A stretch of DNA of 64,000 bases, from NCBI GenBank assembly GCA_964505635.1, contig CAZDIP010000003.1:15313-79312 (forward strand). Direction: 5' to 3'. Made by a program: the position numbers and the translations under genes. The DNA is from an uncultured Candidatus Saccharibacteria bacterium (GTDB taxonomy: Bacteria > Patescibacteriota > Doudnabacteria > UBA920). The notes under the pieces are model-generated. The model was not told where the DNA came from. It made no database searches and saw only the letters and a list, made by a program, of their open reading frames with translations. Shown piece by piece: positions 28,408 through 36,467 of the stretch (positions are counted from its first letter, which is position 1; each line of letters begins with the position of its first letter).

Positions 28408-29290
28408 AATTAAATTCAGTTATTGAATACTTTTGGGGCAAAGCTAAATACATCCAAACTCCATTAGGGATTTTACTTTCTATTGCGGCTTCTATCCTAT
28501 TTTCCCCACAGAAAAAAATTTCATACCCGAGAGATTGTAAAAATTCTTGTGTTTTATGAAAATCTTTATTTTCATAATTGCTTTCGTCTATTCTTTTTGC
28601 CGACTCATACCAAATAATCGGTTGTCTAGTTTTTAAAATGCCGCTTGCACCTTTTAATACAGCAAACTCTGCCCCTTCAACATCTATCTTAATAAAATCC
28701 GGCAAGGTTAAATTATTTTCTTGGGAAAAAGAATCCAAAGTTCGTATGGGGACTTTTCGCACCGGGGATTTTGTATGGCCTAAAAATTCCACTTTCATGG
28801 TTGTACCGCTTCCTGCTAAAAATATTTCTACCTCGCCTTCCGTATCGCCTAAACACAAATTAAAAATTTTTACCTTTTTTTCCAACCTGTTTAAAAACAC
28901 CGTTTCTTTTTCTATTGTATTATACTCTTTAACTGGGTCAAAGGAGACAGTGTTTATTTTTCCTTGCCCTAAAAAAGCAGCCATTATTCCGTAATATCCG
29001 GTATTTGAACCAATATCATAGAAAGAAAGAGGTTCTTTTTGTTTTAAAAGTTGAATTAAAATATTTTTTACCAATTTAGACCCTTCAGGTTCAACCTTTC
29101 CATTTTTAGCAATACCGTAAGCAATATCCTGGCTGTCAAAAACATTCCCCACGTACCAAAAACCAAACTCCGACTTTACCGCTGTCCTTCCGTCCATGCT
29201 TGCCATTTTGGGCAAAGAAAATAGAATAATCCGCTTTTTGATTATTTTTTGTAAAAAGAAAAATATCGCTCTTAAATATTTTTTTATCAT
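28397..29290 (-). CDS. FkbM-family methyltransferase
   Basis: FYDIGSNTGYYG SAM motif and an FkbM-like C-terminal region. Confidence 0.65.
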   Translation of the reverse strand: MIKKYLRAIFFFLQKIIKKRIILFSLPKMASMDGRTAVKSEFGFWYVGNVFDSQDIAYGIAKNGKVEPEGSKLVKNILIQLLKQKEPLSFYDIGSNTGYYGIMAAFLGQGKINTVSFDPVKEYNTIEKETVFLNRLEKKVKIFNLCLGDTEGEVEIFLAGSGTTMKVEFLGHTKSPVRKVPIRTLDSFSQENNLTLPDFIKIDVEGAEFAVLKGASGILKTRQPIIWYESAKRIDESNYENKDFHKTQEFLQSLGYEIFFCGENRIEAAIESKIPNGVWMYLALPQKYSITEFNYAE

Positions 29291-30510
29291 TGAACGCTAT
29301 TTAACATATTTTCAAGCTTTAAATAGGTTTGCTGCGCCAAATGGTTTTTTACCGCCACATTAAAAGCATTTTGTACCATATTGGTATCTTTATTTTTGGA
29401 AGTAAAAGCCTGTCTAATAATTTCTTTTATTTTCTCAATATCATTTGAACCTGTAACATGAGCAAAACCATTACTTTTAGCATATTTATACATAAAAGAT
29501 TCTTTTGGCGAGTTAACTAAAATAGGCCTTCCTGAAATAAGATATTCGCAAAGTTTTCCCGGGCTTGAAGTATTTATAAGTTGGGGAAACTTGGTGTTAA
29601 AACTTAAGGCCACAAGCAACAAGTCACTCTTTGCCATTACGCCCGAAACTTCTTGGGGAGAACAAAAATCAAAAAAAATTTTCCCGCTTTCACGTATTCC
29701 AATGCTATGCATATATTCTTTTGAGTGCGGGGTATATAAAACCAATTTTACGGGAATATCGGTAAGTTTTTCCACTGCCGAAGCCACACTTCTAACCGCG
29801 TCCTCTTGTGCCCAATATATATTGCCTAAAAAAACAATTCTAAATTCTGAGTCCGGCAATGCAGGCAAATTCGCAGCTATTGGCTGAAAATCTATGGAGT
29901 TATGGATAACCTCAACATGCCTGCGGTATTTTTTTTCATAGTGTTCTCTTAATTCCTCGCACATTACGGAGATTTTTGAAGCTTTCTTAAAAAGCCTTGG
30001 CTCAAGCCAGAAGGCGACCCACTTAAAAAGTATGGGCATTTTATTGCCTATATACATATCATAAAAATGCAAGGCAAAGGGCTTGCCAGTAAGTTTATGG
30101 AGCATATACACGGAAAATAAAACCAGTCCCCAATCCGAATAACCTAAAATTACCTCAATCCCCTGTTCCTTAACCGCTCTTTTCCCCAAGATAATTATTC
30201 CAATGGGAATCGTGAACCACAATACAATTTGTGCAAAAAATTTGGTTAACCAAAAATTTTTAATTATCCTCTTAAGTTTTTGTAATTTAGGCTCTTGCCT
30301 ATCGTTAAACTTCACAGCCAAAACTTTATTCCCGTAATAATAATAAGGAATTTTTAATCTGTATTCCTGCAATTTTGGATCCAAATTTTCCTCGCTCGTC
30401 AAAATAGCCAAATCTTTCTGTGGTAAATATTTAAGCAAAAAATACATCATTAGGCCTGAACCACTGCCTGAAGGCGGGGCATATGCGGAAATAACTAAAG
30501 TCTTTTTCAT
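29287..30510 (-). CDS. glycosyltransferase (GT4-like)
   Basis: An N-terminal GT-B domain pattern and a C-terminal nucleotide-sugar binding region. The assignment is weak. Confidence 0.4.
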   Translation of the reverse strand: MKKTLVISAYAPPSGSGSGLMMYFLLKYLPQKDLAILTSEENLDPKLQEYRLKIPYYYYGNKVLAVKFNDRQEPKLQKLKRIIKNFWLTKFFAQIVLWFTIPIGIIILGKRAVKEQGIEVILGYSDWGLVLFSVYMLHKLTGKPFALHFYDMYIGNKMPILFKWVAFWLEPRLFKKASKISVMCEELREHYEKKYRRHVEVIHNSIDFQPIAANLPALPDSEFRIVFLGNIYWAQEDAVRSVASAVEKLTDIPVKLVLYTPHSKEYMHSIGIRESGKIFFDFCSPQEVSGVMAKSDLLLVALSFNTKFPQLINTSSPGKLCEYLISGRPILVNSPKESFMYKYAKSNGFAHVTGSNDIEKIKEIIRQAFTSKNKDTNMVQNAFNVAVKNHLAQQTYLKLENMLNSVQ

Positions 30511-31718
30511 TAAAAAATCCCGTAAGCTTCGTTAATAAATTTATTTGCGGTCAAATTTTTTTTCAATCTTGATTTCTCAAAAAATCCGGAAGAAATTTTT
30601 TCCATCAAGTCTTCAAAAACCAGCTGGCTGGGGCTTTGCTTGCTGGGATTTAATGCGTAACGGTTCCAGTCTCTTTCTAAATCCAGGGCTTTTTTGGCGC
30701 CTTCGTAAATATCGCCGTCCGACAAAATGGTCGCGCCTGCCTGTATGGTTTCCGGCCTTTCCGTTGAAAGCCTGGAAATTAACGCAGGCACGCCTAAAAT
30801 TAAAGCCTCTTCCTGCACTGTTCCGCTGTCGCTGATTATTAACCTGGCTTCCTTCTGGAGTTTTAAAAATTCAAAATACCCCAAAGGCTTGGTAATTTTT
30901 ATGCCTGCATCTTCCGCTTCGGAAAGTAAGTTAATTTTTTCCAAATTACTCCTAACCCTGGGCATAAGCGGCCAAATCACTGTTACTTCTTTGGCAAGTT
31001 TTATAAGCCCCCCGACTTTTTCTTTAAGTTTGTTTAAATCAGACGTATTTTCTTCCCTGTGCAGGGTGACCAGCGCGTAATCTCCTGCTTCTAAGCCATG
31101 TTCTTGAATAATTTTTGTTTTATCCGCCATTGGCAAAAACTCTTCCACCGCGTCGTAAATTATATTCCCTATCACCTTAATCCTAAAATCCTCTATACCC
31201 TCCGACAAAAGCATTTCTTTATACCTGGGCATGTATGCATAAAGCGCGTCCGACATATGATCTATGACAATTCGGCATTTTTCTTCCGGCATGCGCCAGT
31301 CGTAACTGCGGCCGCCGGCCTCCAAATGAATGACCGGAATATTGTTGCGGGCCGCCACAATGCTGGACAACACGCTGTTTGTGTCTCCCAAATACATTAT
31401 GACATCAGGCTTTTCCCGGTTTATGAGTTCCAAAACTTTGGGAAATAAAATTCCTGTCTGATATTCAAAGCTTGTAGGGCCGCCGGCTGACTTAACAGCC
31501 AGTCCAACCCCCAAATTAATTTGCGGCCTTCGTACGCCCAATTGCTCATAAAAAATCCCGTCCAGCTCCTGGTCATAATGCTGGCCGGTATGCGCGTAAA
31601 TATGGGTATATCCGTACTTGTTCTGATTTTCGTCTAACAGCTTAATGAGCTTAAACATCCGAATAATATCGGGACGGATTCCGAGCAGGGTAATTAATTT
31701 AAATTTTTTTTCTGGCAT
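30510..31718 (-). CDS. UDP-N-acetylglucosamine 2-epimerase (non-hydrolysing, WecB/NeuC family); the start is probably Met17 (MPEKKF), whereas the ORF track extends to 31766
   Basis: ITLLGIRPDIIRM, HTGQHYD, and a family-typical length and order. Confidence 0.7.
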   Translation of the reverse strand: MPEKKFKLITLLGIRPDIIRMFKLIKLLDENQNKYGYTHIYAHTGQHYDQELDGIFYEQLGVRRPQINLGVGLAVKSAGGPTSFEYQTGILFPKVLELINREKPDVIMYLGDTNSVLSSIVAARNNIPVIHLEAGGRSYDWRMPEEKCRIVIDHMSDALYAYMPRYKEMLLSEGIEDFRIKVIGNIIYDAVEEFLPMADKTKIIQEHGLEAGDYALVTLHREENTSDLNKLKEKVGGLIKLAKEVTVIWPLMPRVRSNLEKINLLSEAEDAGIKITKPLGYFEFLKLQKEARLIISDSGTVQEEALILGVPALISRLSTERPETIQAGATILSDGDIYEGAKKALDLERDWNRYALNPSKQSPSQLVFEDLMEKISSGFFEKSRLKKNLTANKFINEAYGIF

Positions 31719-31775
31719 TAATAAAGTAATTAAATTACTATACAAGTATAACAAAAACAATACCAATTTATAATA

Positions 31776-31804
31776 TTGACAAAATTGTTAAAATAATGTA
31801 TAAT
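31776..31804 (+). promoter_or_regulatory. exact consensus sigma70 promoter TTGACA-N17-TATAAT facing the GC-rich cassette
   Basis: TTGACA at 31776-31781, a 17-nt spacer and TATAAT at 31799-31804. Confidence 0.45.
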
Positions 31805-31830
31805 ATATATTTAACTAAATATTTGTGCTT

Positions 31831-31864
31831 AAAAAAATAGGCTTATTCATAAGCTTGGTTTTTT
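31831..31864. terminator. A-run/hairpin/U-run element (bidirectional intrinsic terminator or leader attenuator)
   Basis: AAAAAAAT-AGGCTTA-TTCA-TAAGCTT-GG-TTTTTT. It lies between the promoter and the first ORF of the cassette, at the AT-rich/GC-rich boundary. Confidence 0.4.
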
Positions 31865-31986
31865 ACACGCAAAGCCTGTATGGGTGTGTGTAAATGCGGC
31901 AGGGTTAACAGCCCTGACTTAAGAGTTTGTTGTTAAGGAGGATCAGGTTTATGCCTGAATCCACCCTGTAGCAACGGCTCCAGAAA

Positions 31987-32565
31987 ATGTTTGACAGTAT
32001 ACGACGGGAAAATAACCGCCCTCTCGTTCTCCCTAATATGCCCAATTTGCATATCGTGGCGCTCTCAGCACCTCCCCTCATGACTCCTGGCGCGACTGTT
32101 ATGTCGGAATTTACGGCAGACAATGTCGCGAGAATCGTTCATGCGTCTAACCTGCGTGAGCAGGTACAAGACGCTAAACTGGTGTTGAATGGGGAAAGCA
32201 ACCAACTCACCATGATGCTGCACATCGCGCTTAAGTGCGGGGTGCCGGCAAACTTCATTGAGCTGGTAGACTGCAACCCGCGCCCCAACGGAAATACTCG
32301 CACACAGCTCCAAAAGATGGAAAAAGACCTGCGCTTCCCGCAGGATGGCTACTATGTGTTTGTGACCGTTTCGTGGCATATGCCACGGGTTATCGCGACC
32401 GCCCGCAAACAACTCAAGCGGCTTGCCAACCATATGGTCGTCGGCGTACCGTACGCTGATTTCCACGACTTTGACTGGAACGAAAAGGTCGCCGACGAAA
32501 TGTGGCGCATCCCCCAATACATCAACAAGGGAGACATTGCCGACCCGACAATCGGCATGGAGTAG
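31987..32565 (+). CDS. DUF218 (YdcF/ElyC/SanA family) domain protein, GC-rich foreign-like gene
   Basis: Order LHIVALSA, KLVLNGES, CGVPANFIELVDCNPRPNGNTRTQ and YVFVTVSWHMPRV matches the DUF218 core pattern vvvLGG, vvsGG, GVp...ie..S.nT.eNa and vvVTs..HmpRa. GC is about 53%. Confidence 0.5.
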   Translation: MFDSIRRENNRPLVLPNMPNLHIVALSAPPLMTPGATVMSEFTADNVARIVHASNLREQVQDAKLVLNGESNQLTMMLHIALKCGVPANFIELVDCNPRPNGNTRTQLQKMEKDLRFPQDGYYVFVTVSWHMPRVIATARKQLKRLANHMVVGVPYADFHDFDWNEKVADEMWRIPQYINKGDIADPTIGME

Positions 32566-32571
32566 CCACCT

Positions 32572-33237
32572 ATGCTCCCTCCTCGTGATAAGAACGGTTT
32601 TCAAGTCATTGCCTCGAGCGCAGGCGTGAAAGTGGAAACCTGTTTTGCTGAATTCAATGTCCGGCAGCAGACTGCTGCCAACGGACAAACGGAAACGTGG
32701 GGCCGGCTTATAACCCGTCCTGCGTTTGAAGTCGCGTTGCTTGCAAAGGAAGACGGCGAAACCAAAGTTCTCCTTATGCAAAAACAGCGCCTCGCGGGCG
32801 AACCCCCGGTCACTAAATGTCCGGGCGGATACATCTTCTTAAAAGGCAGCGAACTCAACTTGGACAACTTCCTGTCTAAGATCCTTGGCGGCGGATTCGG
32901 CTCTGTTGACCTGTATGACGTTCTGCCTTTCGGTTCGTTCATTGAAGAACGAATGTTGTCCTTAGGGATCTGTACTAACTTTACAAACATGCAGCTCTTT
33001 GGCTGCGTGGTAGGTCACGGCGAAATCATTACCCCCATTCTCCTGCTTGCCACCAACAAATGGCAACAGGTCGCGCCCCCGCCAGAGGGCATATCTTTCC
33101 GCAAAATGCTTCTTTCGGAAGCGGCGCGCCTGGCAGTGCAAACCGTCCAGATAGGCCGACGGATGAAAGATGCGCTTGACAGCGACAGCAGCGTGGAGCT
33201 GCTATTGTCGCTGTACGCCAAAGAACAGCTCCGCTAA
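32572..33237 (+). CDS. hypothetical protein with weak NUDIX-fold-like pattern (degenerate Nudix box), GC-rich foreign-like gene
   Basis: KVLLMQKQR...CPGGYIFLKGSE...ILGGGFG resembles the strand-loop-helix of a Nudix fold but lacks the REx2EE glutamates. SD GGAG sits 9 nt upstream. It lies 6 nt after the upstream gene. Confidence 0.3.
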   Translation: MLPPRDKNGFQVIASSAGVKVETCFAEFNVRQQTAANGQTETWGRLITRPAFEVALLAKEDGETKVLLMQKQRLAGEPPVTKCPGGYIFLKGSELNLDNFLSKILGGGFGSVDLYDVLPFGSFIEERMLSLGICTNFTNMQLFGCVVGHGEIITPILLLATNKWQQVAPPPEGISFRKMLLSEAARLAVQTVQIGRRMKDALDSDSSVELLLSLYAKEQLR

Positions 33238-33242
33238 CTATA

Positions 33243-33288
33243 ACCGCGGCTTGAATGCATCCCACAAGATGACAAACAAGCCGCGGCC
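33243..33288 (+). other. 10-bp perfect inverted repeat with 26-nt loop immediately after cassette gene 2
   Basis: CCGCGGCTTG ... CAAGCCGCGG. Confidence 0.4.
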
Positions 33289-33308
33289 AAACTCTTTACT
33301 AACTTTGC

Positions 33309-33330
33309 CCGGCTTTAAGGCCGGTTTTTT
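33309..33330 (+). terminator. intrinsic terminator of the GC-rich cassette; the hairpin spans the stop codon of the convergent EEP gene
   Basis: CCGGC-TTTAAG-GCCGG followed by TTTTTT. Confidence 0.5.
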
Positions 33331-34100
33331 ATTTCAAACCAAAGCTCCATAGGCAAATGGTCGGAAACCAAGTTATAAGGAACCCTAAAATCCCTTACCT
33401 TAATTTCTTTGGAAACAAAAGTAAAATCCGCAAAATACTGCACGTTTTTATTATTTTGCCACGAAACTTCATTGCGCGTATTTTTTATATTAAATTCTTT
33501 AATTAAGTTTTTACCCACCGACTCTAAAATTTTTATGCTCTTTGTTTTTAATTCCAAATTAAAATCTCCGCATAAAATTTTAGGTCCGGCCATGCTTTGC
33601 CACAAATTTTTTAAATTTTTAGACTGGAGAAGCCTTCTTTTGGTGTCAAATTTATTACCCGGTCTGCTCATGCCATGAAAATTTATTACAGAAAATTTTT
33701 CTTTCGCCTTTTTTAAAACCAAAGTCTGGGCAACAAAATCCCCCTCCGAAGGGTGGTCGGTCTTTGCTCTGCCGGTTATAACGACTGAATTGGAATTTAA
33801 AATTTCCACACTATTTTTTACAAAAACCGCCAAGCCCTGGCAGACCGGAAAATTTAAACGGCTGGAAACATCAAAACCAAAAACCCTAGGTATAAAAATC
33901 CCCGTAAAATTAGCAAGTTTTTTGCTTAGTTCCTGGAATAAAAAAAGTCTGGATTTATGCCAAACCTTAGGAGCGGGTCCATAAGAAGACAACATTTCCT
34001 GAAAGCAAAAAATGTCTGTATTTTTAGCCAAAGGCTTTAAATAATCAAGCAATTGTTTGCCTTGTCTGCCGCCCCAAATATTAAGCGAAACTAATTTCAT
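33315..34100 (-). CDS. endonuclease/exonuclease/phosphatase (EEP) family protein
   Basis: N-terminal MKLVSLNIWGG and conserved EEP-fold motifs (FCFQE, GDFN, a C-terminal SDH). Confidence 0.65.
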   Translation of the reverse strand: MKLVSLNIWGGRQGKQLLDYLKPLAKNTDIFCFQEMLSSYGPAPKVWHKSRLFLFQELSKKLANFTGIFIPRVFGFDVSSRLNFPVCQGLAVFVKNSVEILNSNSVVITGRAKTDHPSEGDFVAQTLVLKKAKEKFSVINFHGMSRPGNKFDTKRRLLQSKNLKNLWQSMAGPKILCGDFNLELKTKSIKILESVGKNLIKEFNIKNTRNEVSWQNNKNVQYFADFTFVSKEIKVRDFRVPYNLVSDHLPMELWFEIKNRP

Positions 34101-34102
34101 AA

Positions 34103-34990
34103 TTAAAGTCCCTCAAGCATTTGCTGAAAACTTGGTATTTCTAATTTCTTACAAACATCAAATTTAGTAGACAATCTTCGATCAACCGCGGCAACTTCTG
34201 CCTTCTCAATTATCGCGTTGATTTTGTATTTTTCCTTAAACGCCAGCAACATATCGTACTTGCTTACGTCATTGCCAAAAATATGGAATAAACCAAAAGA
34301 AGGAAAACTTCCGCGGTCATTAATAATCCTGGCGCAAACCTTCCCAAACTGCCTGGTGGTAATTCCATTCCAAAAATGGTTGGTAAAACCGGTTATGGTT
34401 TGTCCTTCCTGTTTCTTAAACCAGGCTATTAACGAGCTGCCTTCCCCAAGCTCCGGACCAATAATAGAAGTTCTCAATATTAGCGAATTAGCGGACGGTT
34501 CCCCCAAAGCTTTAGACAGGCCGTATAAGTCGTTGGGGCTTTTTGGCGACTCTTCGGAGTACGGCGCGCCGCTAACTCCTGAAAAGGCGCAGTCAGTGGT
34601 AATTTGGATAAGTTTTTCCTTATACTCAGCAGACAGTATGTGCGGCAAACTGCCGTTTATAAACATTGTAATTTCGGGGTTTTTTAAACTGTGGGGTTTT
34701 ATAATACCGGCGCAGTTAACAACCGCGTCAATTTCGCCGATTTCCAAATAAAGCTGCCTGAGTTTTGGCGAAATATGCTCTTTGGGAAAACCGGCAATAT
34801 ATTCTTTATACAAATCCGAAAAATCAAATTGAATTTTTTTATGCTTTTCCAATCCCCCGTAAGTTTGGCTGAGTAAATTTAATTTTGCTTCATCCCGGTA
34901 AACTAAAACCAAATCAAAAACATCTTTCAACTGGTCATAAACCTGGTTTCCCAGCATTCCGGTAGGGGCTAAAATTGCAACTTTTTTCAT
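34103..34990 (-). CDS. SDR-family sugar nucleotide reductase/epimerase (RmlD-like)
   Basis: N-terminal Rossmann fold AILAPTGMLG, a YGLSK (YxxxK) motif and a length of about 295 aa. Confidence 0.5.
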   Translation of the reverse strand: MKKVAILAPTGMLGNQVYDQLKDVFDLVLVYRDEAKLNLLSQTYGGLEKHKKIQFDFSDLYKEYIAGFPKEHISPKLRQLYLEIGEIDAVVNCAGIIKPHSLKNPEITMFINGSLPHILSAEYKEKLIQITTDCAFSGVSGAPYSEESPKSPNDLYGLSKALGEPSANSLILRTSIIGPELGEGSSLIAWFKKQEGQTITGFTNHFWNGITTRQFGKVCARIINDRGSFPSFGLFHIFGNDVSKYDMLLAFKEKYKINAIIEKAEVAAVDRRLSTKFDVCKKLEIPSFQQMLEGL

Positions 34991-35004
34991 AAATTTATAA
35001 TGTG

Positions 35005-35457
35005 TTACCTGGGCTTAACGCTCCAGACGTCCCCGAATTTATACGGATCCGTTCGTTTGTCGTCGGCTATGCTTTCTTCAAAGCTTGAGGTGGATCCGCA
35101 AACCAAAATAGTATTGTCTTCCAAGCTTACCCACCCGTTGGCAAAACCAGGAGGAATGACTACCAAGGTCGGCTTTCGCGCGGAAGAAATGAAAGTAAAT
35201 TGCTCTTTTTCATCGACCGGATTTATCGCAACAAACTTTGCAGAGCCGCTGACAATAATAAAATATTTCCATTCATTTTCATGAAAATGAAAACCGCGTA
35301 TTATTCCTTTGCCATAATTATACACGTAATACATGCGCTTAATTTTTAGCCCATTTGTGCCGGGTAAATCATCGCTGCTGTTTAAAAATGGGATAAAAGT
35401 ACCGCGGTCATCTCCTTTGACGGTAATTTCCATTGCGTAAGGTTTGGTTGATTTCAT
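35005..35457 (-). CDS. sugar 3,4-ketoisomerase cupin (FdtA/QdtA, WxcM-like domain)
   Basis: RGFHFHENEW cupin motif and a length of 150 aa typical of FdtA. Confidence 0.6.
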   Translation of the reverse strand: MKSTKPYAMEITVKGDDRGTFIPFLNSSDDLPGTNGLKIKRMYYVYNYGKGIIRGFHFHENEWKYFIIVSGSAKFVAINPVDEKEQFTFISSARKPTLVVIPPGFANGWVSLEDNTILVCGSTSSFEESIADDKRTDPYKFGDVWSVKPR

Positions 35458-35494
35458 AAAAAATTTAATCCTTCTATTTACTGCTTAATACTCG

Positions 35495-36463
35495 CTATTT
35501 ATTAATGGTATTATTTTCGTAGTCTTTCAGAATCTGGATCATATATTTTGCGTTTGAATAAAAATCGCTGTCCAAATTATTTACGCGCTTCTGGGTAATT
35601 ATGTCTTTTATTTGTATACTCCCGAATAAAACGTCCAACTCGCCTTTTTCAGGCAATATCCCGTCTTTGACTGCTTTTGAAGTATCGGCATTATAATTAC
35701 GGTTATCCTGAAATTTTTGCTCCGTGGTTTTAATTTCGCAATGGGTTATACTTTGGATTTTGTTCGCGACTTCTATAATGGTAAGATTTTCGGTAGCTAA
35801 ATTATAAATGCCTTTTAAATCATTGTCTATATTTTCTACCAAAAACCTGCCTATATCGCGGACATGTATAAACGGCCGCCACTGATTGCCTCCAAAAACT
35901 TCCAGATACCCGCGCCTCAGTGCGTTCATGGTCATATAGTTTACAGCCAAATCCATGCGCAAACGGGAATAAGTGTCAGACACCCCGTAGGCCGTGCCTA
36001 AACGAAAAATTAAGGCATCTTTATCTTTTAAATAGGCTTCTGCGGCAAGTTTTGTCTTAGCGTATTCGGAAAGCGGATTTGTCGCGGAAAGTTCGTTAAC
36101 CGGCTGGTCAGACGCGCCGTACACAGAACAAGTGGAAGTAAACAAAATTCGGCCTTCAAAATTTTTACAAAGCCATTCCACGGTATCCTGGTTTATGGCT
36201 TTTGTTAATTTTGGGTCAATGGCACAGACCGGATCCCCTACCAAAGCCGCCAGCCAAACTACATGGGAATAATCAGACAAAATTTTAGAAAGTTTGCGCG
36301 TGTCGCGTATGTCGCCGTATATAAATTCCACTGGCTTTAAAAAATGGTTTTCGTAAGTCAAATTGTCGTATACCGCAAAAGGAATGTTTTTTTCTAAAAG
36401 CTGGTCGGAAACCCCGCCGCCAATATACCCTGCGCCGCCTACTACCAAAACTTTTTTTATCAT
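35495..36463 (-). CDS. NAD-dependent epimerase/dehydratase (SDR, UDP-sugar 4-epimerase-like)
   Basis: VLVVGGAGYIGG Rossmann motif, STCSVYG, and YAKTK (YxxxK). Confidence 0.65.
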   Translation of the reverse strand: MIKKVLVVGGAGYIGGGVSDQLLEKNIPFAVYDNLTYENHFLKPVEFIYGDIRDTRKLSKILSDYSHVVWLAALVGDPVCAIDPKLTKAINQDTVEWLCKNFEGRILFTSTCSVYGASDQPVNELSATNPLSEYAKTKLAAEAYLKDKDALIFRLGTAYGVSDTYSRLRMDLAVNYMTMNALRRGYLEVFGGNQWRPFIHVRDIGRFLVENIDNDLKGIYNLATENLTIIEVANKIQSITHCEIKTTEQKFQDNRNYNADTSKAVKDGILPEKGELDVLFGSIQIKDIITQKRVNNLDSDFYSNAKYMIQILKDYENNTINK

Positions 36464-36467
36464 AAGA

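Noticed and set aside
32065-32781. 238-aa minus-strand ORF and other long antisense ORFs inside the GC-rich cassettes (32352..32558, 32601..32990, 33015..33265, 42522..42794)
   Set aside because: GC-rich DNA produces long stop-free antisense frames. These ORFs lack an SD, overlap well-supported plus-strand genes that have promoter, SD and terminator, and their products are low-complexity and Arg/Cys-rich.
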